From assembly GCF_052425735.1 (NCBI RefSeq), contig NC_135759.1:33356001-33420000 (forward strand): a DNA stretch of 64,000 nt, read 5' to 3'. The DNA comes from Oculina patagonica (Eukaryota). Below are positions 16,781-26,539 of this stretch, in pieces. A program made the position numbers and the translations under genes. Each line of letters opens with the position of its first letter. Position 1 is the first letter of the stretch. The notes beneath the pieces were generated by a model. It had not been told where the DNA came from. It worked only from the letters and a program-made list of their open reading frames with translations, and did not search any database.

Positions 16781-17801
16781 TTAAACACTGTCACTGTTTA
16801 AGAGATTTCTCCGATCATCAAACAACTTGTTCCAGAAGAACTTCATCATGGCGTAATAAAACGAGGCTTCGGCAGCTTTGACGACTAAAGCAACCGCCTG
16901 CAGTGCGGATGGGGTTTGACGAAAATTGTGGACACCTGTTACTTGGAAAGCAGCTTGCGTCGACACCAAAATGAAGAGATAAAAGTTCTCCAGAATGAAT
17001 AGAATCAGTGTTAGCATGTAGAGCAAGTGTCGTGTGCGAACTCTGGGCTCCCTCCATGGTGCTGGGACAGCGTGACAGGTACACAACGAGAATCGTAGAA
17101 ATCTCCTCAGCAATGAACCCCACCTCGATAAATCTACTTATCCCATGTGGCTCAGTTGAAAGGGCAATGATACTGTGGGCAACAACAACGATCAACTGAC
17201 CGAATAGCGACCAGAACCGAGCATGCTTCGAGTTGTTTCGAAGAGCAGACATATATCCTTGATAGCCAGGCACTTTCATGAGAACTAGTATAACAAGCCA
17301 GGTGTTTAAAACAGAAGCCATTAGCCATGATATTTCCAATTCTTTGGCGTGGGGGAATAACGTAAAGTTCTTGCAGCGGTAACTGGACAGTTTTTCACGG
17401 AAGAAGCAATCGGTGGCGTATGTACAGTACAATACCAATCCGACGAATCGCCACAGAAGAGGGGGGCAAAGGGTTTATGCGTGACACGTGAAAAGGGCAA
17501 AAATTAGTCCGTGACGCGTGAAAATAGGGCAAAAATTAGACCGTGACGCGTGAAAAATAGTTAGAAAAGAAACGTGATCCGTGAATTTTGCTGTTTCAAG
17601 TATACGTGACACGTGAATTTGGTTAAAACTTGTGCGTGAAACGGGATCACGAACCCCCCTTTGGTACCCTCACAGAAGAACGGCAAAATAAGCTAACATT
17701 ATTGCCACCTTAACACAAACTTGGCGGCTAGGTAATCTGCACAATCGACGGTTTATCGTCTCAGCATCTTGCTCCATCTGAATCAAAGGGGGCTCCTGCA
17801 T
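16781..17801 (-). pseudogene. Six-TM family copy A, disrupted
   Basis: Clear paralogue of 25079-25876. Interrupted by a 211-bp MITE (17460-17670) and a 2-nt deletion at ~17071-17074 (gggacag-cgtg-acagg versus gggacag-tattcc-acagg). Confidence 0.85.
17460..17670. mobile_element. hAT-like MITE inserted in coding sequence
   Basis: Perfect 8-bp TSD CACAGAAG (17452-17459, 17671-17678); TIR aggggggcaaaggg / ccctttggtaccct. The empty site is visible in paralogues at ~18243 and ~25752. Confidence 0.92.
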
Positions 17802-18229
17802 TTTCAATAGGGAAAGCAAGTGCTCCTTTGACTGAACGACTCAGTCGGACGCGAGGTTTTTTTTCTTAGAAAGTCGAATTGCTGCGTATTAAAAATTACA
17901 GCGCGGCTACTGTTTCCGGGGTCAACCCTGCAGACAAAGTTAACCAGTCACAAAGCAAAACGTGAACAATGGATTCCAACATTTTTTCTTCAGCCAATGA
18001 AATATATGTCGAATACAGAACAATGAAATTTCAACTTGTTCTCTCGTGAAGCTATGTGAATAGAGCTTTAGCTATCGTTGACTTTTCAATTTAATAATTT
18101 AAGTAGTTTCACATTCTACATATTAAAATGAATGTGTCATGCAAGTCAGTTAGAACTGTACGAAAGCAGTGAACGCAACGGCCGTATATTTGTGCAATTT
18201 GCGTGGCGGATTTAAATTCTCCGAAAAAA

Positions 18230-18374
18230 ATCCGATTAATCGCCACAGAAGAACAGCAAAATAAGCAAACATTATGGCCACCTTAACACAAACTTGGCGG
18301 CTACGTAATCTGCGTAATCGACAGTTTATCTTTTGAGCAATTTGCTCCATCAGAATAAAAGGGAGCTCCGACAT
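18230..18374 (-). pseudogene. Six-TM family copy B, 5' fragment only (~48 codons)
   Basis: [48 protein letters not shown], after which homology stops. About 190 nt of upstream flank (18375-18562) also duplicates 17802-17993. Confidence 0.8.
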
Positions 18375-18802
18375 TTTCAATGGGGAAATCAAGTGCTCCT
18401 TTGGCTGAATGACAGTCGGAACGACTGTTTTTTTCTTAGAAAGTCGAGTTACTGCGTTAAATTACAGCGCGGCTACTGTTACCGGGGTCAGCCCATGCAG
18501 ACAAAGTCAACCAGTCACAAAGCAGATCGTGAACAATAGTTTCCAACATTTTTACTTCAGCAACAGTTGTAAGAGGGGAGAGGAACGGGCAGTTAAATTT
18601 CCTATCTCCCTATTGTTTTCGCTATTTTTCTCCCTCCTCCCTGATTTTTCCGGCCGTTTCTCCCTCCTCCCTGTTTTTTCACTGTTCTCCCTGATTAGTT
18701 CTCTAAGAGGCTTATTTGACCTTATTTGATGTGCTACTACATTGCAGTATACTTCGTTTCCAAAGATCTAAGGGACGGACCATTATTTTTTTGGAGGGGG
18801 GG

Positions 18803-19652
18803 TAGGCCTTTCTCGATTATGCTAGTAAAACTGGCATTTAATGCTACTAGAAATTCTCGCATAAAGCCAAAAAATTCTAAAATAATGCCTGATTTCCTTA
18901 AAAAAATGCCACTTGAATTCCAAAAAATGCTTTGTTTTATTTCAAACAAAACGTAAAAACTCTCACATTATATGCTCATATCAACAACAGGTGATACTTA
19001 ATAATTGTTTGTTTATAAAAAAAAAAATTAAAAAATAAAATAAAAAAAATTCTTTTTTTAAAAAAAAAATAAAAAAACACACACACAAGTAACACAACAC
19101 AAGTACACAAGTAACACAACGCACAAACAGTTTTCGAAATAGTTTTTGTAGTTCAATTTTAAGAAAACAACATTTTATTGACCATTTTTTTATTAAAGAT
19201 CTTATTCCGAATACAGATTGTTTTTTAATTAGTTTTTAATAAGTAGTTTTTTAATTGATAATTCGTTTCTTATATATTATTGTATATCGTAGGTTTTTTA
19301 TTGTATATCGTAGGTTTTTTATTGTCTATCTTAGATTTTTTAATACTTGTAAATAGGAGGGCCACGAGTTTGTTAGCTTTATAGCTATTAAGTGCTACCC
19401 TCTATAAATAAAGACGTTACTTACTTACTATCTTACTAGTCGAAACAGACAGAAAACAATCAAATTATGTGATCAAAAGTGTGAAACTTTAGGATTATTT
19501 ATCCTTCTGAGTTCTGAGTGCTGAAAATCTGGATCACAGTCATGAAAAGTGTCAGAAAATGCTAGCAATTCTTTTTTGAAGAAAAAACGAAAAAAATGCT
19601 CGTGTTCCCAAAAAATGCCGAAAAAAATGCTAGCATAATCGAGAAAGGCCTA
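18803..19652. mobile_element. hAT-like non-autonomous element inserted in a poly-G tract
   Basis: 23-bp perfect TIR taggcctttctcgattatgctag / ctagcataatcgagaaaggccta flanked by G runs. Contains a probable LINE-type tail aataaagacgttacttacttact (~19405-19430). Confidence 0.8.
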
Positions 19653-19773
19653 GGGGGGGGGGGGGGGGGGGGGACGGACCATTATTTTTTTGGAGGGGGG
19701 GATGAAAAATATTGAAAAAAATTGTTTGCAGGGCCTGGAAAGACAATTACCCATATACGACCGCTCTCATGTG

Positions 19774-19845
19774 GCTTTGATAGCTCAGTGGTAGAGCATT
19801 GCACTGGCAACGCAAAGGTCGTGGGTTCGACTCCCGCTCAGAGCC
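19774..19845 (+). tRNA. tRNA-like cloverleaf (anticodon GGC, Ala-like), probably repeat-derived; copy 1
   Basis: gctttga-ta-gctc agtggta gagc-a-ttgca ctGGCaa cgcaa-aggtc-gtggg ttcgact cccgc-tcagagc. One anticodon-stem mismatch, followed by a T-run. Lies inside a 239-bp tandem unit. Confidence 0.45.
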
Positions 19846-20012
19846 TGAAAATTTTTTTTCAGGTCTTCAGTAGTGTAAGGCCGCATTTGCATTTATCATA
19901 TATATATTTCACACTGCTACTGCTGGACACACATTCATTTATTTCACATATACTTGGGCCGAGTATCATGTCCACCATAAAGGGATTACCCATATACGAC
20001 CGCTCTCATGTG

Positions 20013-20084
20013 GCTTTGATAGCTCAGTGGTAGAGCATTGCACTGGCAACGCAAAGGTCGTGGGTTCGACTCCCGCTCAGAGCC
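20013..20084 (+). tRNA. tRNA-like cloverleaf (anticodon GGC), copy 2
   Basis: Identical to 19774-19845, 239 bp downstream. Confidence 0.45.
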
Positions 20085-21272
20085 TGAAAAATTTTTTTCA
20101 GGTCTTCAGTAGTGTAAGGCCGCATTTGCATTTATCATATATATATTTCACACTGCTACTGCTGGACACACATTCATTTATTACAAAATAAATTGTTTGC
20201 AAAAGCGATATGCATAACAAAAATAGTAAGAATTTCGAAAAAAAAAATGTTTGCAGAGGTGCATAAACTAAAAAAAAAGTTTGCAGAGGAAAATTTTTCA
20301 TCCCCCTCCCCCCTCCAAGAAAATAATGGTCCGTCCCTAAATAGAAGGAAAACACGTTTTCATTATCATCTAGTTCTTCGATCTCGCACTAGATTTCGGT
20401 TTTGTCACTTGAGCCTAAAGCTTTGATGTTTGCAAAATTTATTTTAAATACCGTATGAAGGCAGGCGCCCATTAATGAGAATTTCGGGGGGGGGGGGGTA
20501 CTGGAGGCGTGCCTCACAGGAAATTTTCCAAATTTAGGTTTTCTCAAGTGCCATTTCCTTGCATTTTGACATCATTCTGAGGTGGGATGCATTTTCCTTC
20601 AACAACTACTGAACATGTTCCATGCCTTAGAAATTGAAATATGATTTTACGTTACTAATAAACTGCGTACCTAAAACGAAAATCGATTTTGGTGCTACGA
20701 TTATTACCTGTTACATGCTATATTTACAAGGTTAACTGAAGCGTAACCGGTGTAAGTTGACCAGGGCAGTAGGGTTACCCTATTTGCGACTTTTTGCTTG
20801 TAAACCCGGGCTATCTTCTAACTCTTTTGCTAGGGTAACCCCAGCACTAGGGTTACCCTACCTGCTTGTAAACAAGCCCTTAAAAAATTCCGTATTCCAC
20901 CTCTCAAAGCCGACGCCAAACAAAAGACACAAAAAACTGGGAAAATGAGACGGATGACTGCCGTCATCAGCGCTCGGCAAAGACTGGGCACGGTTCAAAT
21001 GGTGACCGAACGAGGAGAGGGCAAGAAATTGTCAAGACTACACGTAAAAACTGGTCAAATGCTCTTATCTGTGGGTCGATGAGGCCCTTGAATTAAGAGC
21101 GATTAAGGCTTTAAGCAATCATGTCAACTTTAAAAAAATAAATCTCCCTTCTCCCTTCTCACGCTCGCTCTCCCGTCTCCCTATTTTTTTGCTTCCTTTC
21201 TCCTTCCTCCCTATCTTTTTTGGCCGTTTCTCCCTCCTCCCTAAACCGTTCCTCTCCCCTCTTGTAAGTTGT

Positions 21273-23103
21273 TAGAGCGGTTTTCACTTGAGTGTCGAAA
21301 GTAGATTGCGTTTGCTTTGGTTTTGCATTACTACGCTTAGTGATTGGCTTAAAAATCTCGCGCCACTTTCTCAGCCAATCAGGAGTAAAACCGAAACCAA
21401 TCGTGACTCGCTCGGGCACGTTTTCCCGCGCTTCGTGCCTGCTACATGCATTTGCTTCGAGTTTTGGTTGGTTCACCCTCAGGTTCACCCGATTGTCTGT
21501 GTCCTTTGTGATTGGCCAGAGTAATTACTTTGGTTTTGGTTTTACGACACTCAATAGGCCTTATTCGTATTCCCCGACGGCCCTGGGACGAGAGCCTTCT
21601 GAACATGAATGCGAGGCTAATGCGGGGTACTTTGCACAAATTGCAAAGAAACATATGGAAAATTGCGACTGGGTTGCCGAAAAACCTTAAAAATTATAAA
21701 CGCTTTAAGGATCTAGAGCTAGTCGGTGATCTGCAGGCTAGAGGGATACCAGTGTCAATCAGAAAAAATTAGAAGATCTGGTAGAACTTACCGAGAAGGC
21801 TAACAAATTTACACTGAATCGTCGGGAACAGTTTCGAGTCAGTCAACAGTACTTGCGAAGTAAACTTCAACACCAGGTTATGTTTCCAGCTAATCTCTTA
21901 TTTTTATTTTCAGTGTACATCCGACTTAAGTGAGGGATTAAACTTTCCTTGAGGATATTTATATTGCTATTTAAGAAAGGGGTTCAGAAGAGGGAACTTG
22001 CTACATTAAATTTGATCACGCACACAATCTCAGTTGTTTATTTTTTTAAACAATAGCTACTGTAGCACTGTGATAACTTTTTTTCACTGCAAGAGCATGA
22101 AATGAGCGTGAAACGATTAACAGCATCACTTGAGCCAAATTAAAATCTAGCCTTTTAATCAAAAATTGTGTGTAGTTGCTTCAAAACGAATTTGTAAATT
22201 GCTTTGTAATTTAGTGAGTTTGCCAATCTTGATGTGCGTGCGAGATTTTAATCTGAAACATCCAGTTCTGTTTCAGACCATTTTCGTGAAAGAATATTAA
22301 ATGATCATTAAACTATCGACATTCTCACTTAACTGAAATAAGAAAATTATCTTTTATTCGAACATTCGATGATTTAGGGGCAAAATGAATTTGGAAGTTT
22401 AGATCTTGTGATTTTTAGGTCTTTCTAGCCAATTTGCATGTACCGGCGTTCGAGAACATTAATTAAATTTACTAGATCTCAAGATGTTTTGGCAGCAGCA
22501 CAGAAACATAGCAGTCAAACTGTGAAAGAAATTAGTTCAGTGGAATTAAAAGCTATTCTTTTAACTAAACAGTGAGAGCATTTAACAGCAAACGAATTTG
22601 TAAATAATTAATGCGCCATTTCGTTCAGTTGTTTTTGTCCATATGCCGTAGTCAATACGCAGCATCTCTCAGACATTAAATTTTAAAATAATAGCAATAC
22701 AAATCTCTCCAAGTTAAGTATATTGCCTCTGGTAAGTCGGATGTACACCAAAACAAATATTAACAGATTGGGGTCATTACCTTGCGACTCGATGACTGAC
22801 TTGCACTCCCCCGATTCGACTACTTCAAGGAAAATTTGTTAGCCTTCTCGGTCAGTTCTACCAGATCTTCTAATTTTTTCTGATTGACACTGGTATCCCT
22901 CTAGCCTGCAGATCACCTCCTAGCTCTAGATCCTCAAAGCGTTTATTATTTTTAAGGTTTTTCGGCATCCCAGTCGCAATTTTCCATACGTTTCTTTGCA
23001 ATTTCGAGCAAAGTATCCCGCATTAGCCTCGCATTCATGTTTAGAAGGCTCTCGCCCCAGGGCCGTCGGGGAATACGAATAAGGCCTATTGAAAACTGCT
23101 CTA
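21273..23103. mobile_element. ~300-bp MITE (tagagcggttttca...tgaaaactgctcta) split by a nested element
   Basis: Inverted termini. The right subterminal acgacactcaat-tgaaaa is interrupted by 21556-23087. Confidence 0.8.
21556..23087. mobile_element. 1.5-kb foldback DNA transposon with long TIRs and AT TSD (ISL2EU-like)
   Basis: AT|aggccttattcgtattccccgacggccctggg...cccagggccgtcggggaatacgaataaggcct|AT. About 255 bp of near-perfect inverted repeat (21556-21810 vs 22832-23087), with weaker matches extending to ~420 bp. Confidence 0.88.
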
Positions 23104-23125
23104 ATGAGTTGCAAAGGTTACATAA

Positions 23126-23502
23126 AGGCCTACTCTGGGACCCAAAGTCGCCGTAACTTTGGGCGACTTAAGGCGACTTTAGGCGATTTTAGCTTATTTT
23201 GTCCAAAATAACGGGCGATTGTGGGCGACTTTGGGTGATTTTGAGCGACTTTAGGCAATTTTAGGTGACCTTTTCGGCAATTTTACGTGACCGACCTAAG
23301 TACAGTTGTGGTATACATGTACATGGGAATCATCATGGTACACCATAAAGCATTGTTACAGAAAATATCTATACTATTTAAAGCGACTTTATTAGAGCGA
23401 CTTTGTGCGACTTTAGGCGACTTTGGGCGACTTTAGGCGATTTTGAGCGACTTTAGGCGATTTTGGGCGACTTTAGGCGTTTTTGGTTTCCAGAGTAGGC
23501 CT
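23126..23502. mobile_element. MITE with internal 10-bp minisatellite (Harbinger-like)
   Basis: TIR aggcctactctgg / ccagagtaggcct next to TAA; internal (rggcgayttt)n arrays. Confidence 0.75.
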
Positions 23503-24092
23503 AATGAGCAACTCAAAATGAGCAACTGAGCAACTCAAAATGAGCAAATGAGCAAATGAGCAACTCAAAATGAACAAATGAGCAACTCAAAATGAGCAAC
23601 TGAGCAAGTCAAAATGAGCAAATGAGCAACTGAGCAACTCAAAATGAGCAAATGAGCAACTCAAAAAGAGCAACTGAGCAACTCAAAATGAGCAAATGAG
23701 CAACTGAGCAACTCAAAATGAACAAATGAGCAACTCAAAATGAGCAACTGAGCAACTCAAAATGAGCAAATGAGCAACTCAAAATGAGCAAATGAGCAAC
23801 TCAAAATGAGCAACTGAGCAACTCAAAATGAGCAAATGAGTAAAATGAGCAACTGAGCAACTCAAAATGAGCAACTGAGCAACTCAAAATGAGCAAATGA
23901 GCAACTCAAAATGAGCAAATGAGTAAAATGAGCAAATGAGCAACTCAATGAGCAAATGAGCAAATGAGCAACTCAAAATGAGCAAATGAGCAAATGAGCA
24001 ACTCAAAATGAGCAAATGAGTAAAATGAGCAACTGAGCAACTCAAAATGAGCAACTGAGCAACCGAGCAACTCAAAATGAGCAACTCAAATG
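23503..24092. repeat. Composite minisatellite of TGAGCAAC, TGAGCAAA and TGAGCAACTCAAAA units
   Basis: About 590 bp of interspersed 8- and 14-bp unit variants. Confidence 0.97.
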
Positions 24093-25078
24093 ACATAAGT
24101 TTCATTACGTTTAAAGTGATACAATTTGCCCAATATATGCAAAGTACCTAGCTTGTTCTTGCATCCATCAAAAAGTCACTTGTCGTCGTACATTTGTGGG
24201 CGTAAATCTGGGTTGAGCCTGATTGGAAGTGATGGCTGAGCAAACTGAAAAATCTGGCTTTTAGGGCGGCAGTGTCCAATCTGAACTTGTATAGACGAGT
24301 TCACGCTTGGATAACTGGAATACTTCGGAGAAGGTTCGACTTGCTTTCGGGAGATAATCGCAATTTTTAGTAATCCTTTGGGAGTCCTCCGGAGTCCGGC
24401 ATGGATTTTCTGGGCAGTGAGACTTAGTTTAATATATTTGCTAAGGCTTTGTAATAGTCTTCGTCAGTAAGAAAACAAGCAAAAACGCAGTAACACAGGA
24501 CTTTCACGCTCAAAGTTTTTTTTCATTGTTGCATTGCACGTACGTAAGGCAGTACGAATTTTCCTGTGATTATTTTTTCCCAATTTTGGTTTCGGAATAG
24601 CGCAGTGCAATCTATTGGTTCAAAGGAAGGGAAAATCTATTAAATCTAAATGCCTGGGTTCTCCCCAGTATAGCATAGAGTGTTAAAAAGTTTTTAGACA
24701 TTGCAACGACAGTGCCGCGTGGGAAATAGCCAGATTCTCAGACGGTCAGCCGAGGTCAGTACGCGACCTCGGACAGTTGACTACGATGACAGCAAAACAA
24801 AGCCTAAGACATGTCCTAAGTAAATTAACTGCAATAACCTTTATAACAATGAACTATTTTCTTTGACAGCCGTGAAAACTTGCATATTAAAAAATAACGC
24901 TCTTTACAGTGAACAGCAACATGTGAAATAGAAAATACATTTTCTTGATTCAGGTCTCTCGACAAAGACACAGCCAAGTTGTTTGTATCTTGGCTTCGCC
25001 CAGGCTTTTCGTAGGAACCCATAAATTCTTCGAAAAAAAAATACACTGCTAATGCAGAGTAAGGTAGTTGAGGTTTAA

Positions 25079-25876
25079 TTAAACATTGTCATTGATCAAG
25101 AGATTTTTCCGATCATCAAACAGCTTGTTCCAGAAGAACTTCATCAAGGCGTAATAAAACGTAGCTTCGGCAGCGTTGGCGACTAAAATAACCGCCTGCA
25201 GTGCGGATGGGGTTTGACGAAAATTGTGGACACCTGTTATTTCGAAAGCAGCTTGCGTCGACACCAAAATGAAGAGATAAAAATTCTCCAGAATAAACAC
25301 AGCCAGTGTAAGCATGTAGAGCAAGTGTTGAGCGGGAACTCTGGGCTCCCTCCATGGTGCTGGGACAGTATTCCACAGGTACACGACAAGAGTGGTAGAA
25401 ATCTCCCCAGCAATGAACCCTACCTCGATAAATTTACTTATCCTCAGCGGCTCAGTTGAAATGACAATGATATTGTAGGTAACAACAAAGATCAACTGAC
25501 AGAATAGCGACCAGAACCGAGCATGCTTCGAGTTGTTTCGAAGAGCAGACATATATCCTTGATAGCCAGGCACTTTCGTGAGAACGAGTATAACAAGCCA
25601 GGTGTTCACAACAGAAGCCATTTGCCATGAAATTTCCAATTCTTTGGCATGGGAGAATAACGTAAAGTTCTTGCAGCGGAAACTTGCAAGTTTTTCACGA
25701 AAAAAGCAATCGGTGGCGTATGTACTGTACAATACCAATCCGACGAATCGCCACAGAAGAACGGCAAAATAAGCTAACATTATTGCCACGTTAACTTTGC
25801 GGCTACGCAATCTGCGTAATCGTGAATTTATCGTCTGAACATCTTGATCTACCAGAATATAAGGGAGATCCGTCAT
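25079..25876 (-). CDS. Six-TM family copy C, intact, intronless, 265 aa, function unknown
   Basis: Open ORF from ATG (MTDLPYIL...) to [19 protein letters not shown]. Six hydrophobic segments, a C-x10-C loop with an NFT sequon, and conservation across paralogues. Confidence 0.85.
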   Translation of the reverse strand: MTDLPYILVDQDVQTINSRLRRLRSRKVNVAIMLAYFAVLLWRFVGLVLYSTYATDCFFREKLASFRCKNFTLFSHAKELEISWQMASVVNTWLVILVLTKVPGYQGYMSALRNNSKHARFWSLFCQLIFVVTYNIIVISTEPLRISKFIEVGFIAGEISTTLVVYLWNTVPAPWREPRVPAQHLLYMLTLAVFILENFYLFILVSTQAAFEITGVHNFRQTPSALQAVILVANAAEATFYYALMKFFWNKLFDDRKNLLINDNV

Positions 25877-26539
25877 TTTCAATCGGGAAAGCAAGTGCTC
25901 CTTTGGCTGAACGACTCAGTCAGGCATGAGGTCTTATTCGTAGAAATTCTAATAATTATTTACGGCCTACTGCGTAAAATTAATGCATATAGTGCAATTC
26001 TGCTTTCTGGAACCCTCGATTTCTCAAACTTCCCGACAGCTCGAGCCAAGTCAAACTGTAATTTTACCCCCGATTTGTCGAACCAGTTTTCGTTTCCCTT
26101 GTAGGTTCGAAAAAACAGAATTCCACTCTATAAGCAGAATGAAAGCGTATTGCTCCGTTGATGCAAATTTTAACAAGTTTTACTTTATAATTGGGGACAG
26201 GAAGTAGACAGTTACTGTAACTGAACTTTCGAAACCCCTTTAGCACCAGTGAGTGGTCCGTCCGATATCCCATTTTGGTTTCTGTTGACTCAAATACCAC
26301 TTAGAAACCATTTGAATATATCTTGAAATCAAGGACTTTTCTTTGTATAAACAAACACAAGTTCAAGAAAACTCTCTTTACTGCGAGTGACGAAACTTTA
26401 CTCAACACGTGACATTAAAGCAGCAAATCAGAGCGCGCGACATGTCCAGGGAACACGCATCAACTTGTCCTTGTCTTCGTGTAGTGTAGCATGGAGTGTC
26501 GCCTTTAACGGAGCAGTTTGCTCTTTTGCATTCATCAAA

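Larger units (their letters stand above)
19746..20182 (+). repeat. 1.8-copy head-to-tail repeat of a 239-bp tRNA-containing unit
   Basis: 19746-19984 is repeated essentially identically from 19985 and truncated at 20182. Confidence 0.92.
18772..20337. mobile_element. PIF/Harbinger-like MITE (TAA TSD), itself carrying insertions
   Basis: TAA|gggacggaccattatttt ... aaaataatggtccgtccc|TAA. Confidence 0.75.
18573..21261. mobile_element. Unclassified non-autonomous DNA element with 6-bp TSD, inflated by nested insertions
   Basis: TIR gaggggagaggaacgg / ccgttcctctcccctc; direct repeat TTGTAA at 18567-18572 and 21262-21267; subterminal tctccctcctccct repeats at both ends. Confidence 0.8.

Noticed and set aside
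21159-21772. Several 70-130-aa ORFs overlapping MITEs (also 1248-1689, 23884-24105, 41231-41546, 49927-50191, 51677-52018, 57598-58018)
   Set aside because: They derive from repeats, SINEs or noisy sequence and have no coherent protein features, apart from the SAP-like remnant reported above.
23130-24092. CRISPR-like appearance of repeat arrays (also 40710-41025, 41410-41520)
   Set aside because: There are no unique spacers or cas genes and the context is eukaryotic; these are ordinary minisatellites.
25250-25300. Assigning the six-TM family to gustatory-receptor-like 7TM ion channels because of [12 protein letters not shown]
   Set aside because: The spacing does not match TYxxxxxQF, the motif is not in the terminal helix, and the protein is too short. 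Only a structure search could support it.
25877-25894. Non-ATG starts for six-TM copies (25894, 28141, 18392) and CLN3-like (12404, 10702)
   Set aside because: Artefacts of the alternative-start ORF caller; the first ATG or the splice acceptor was used instead.
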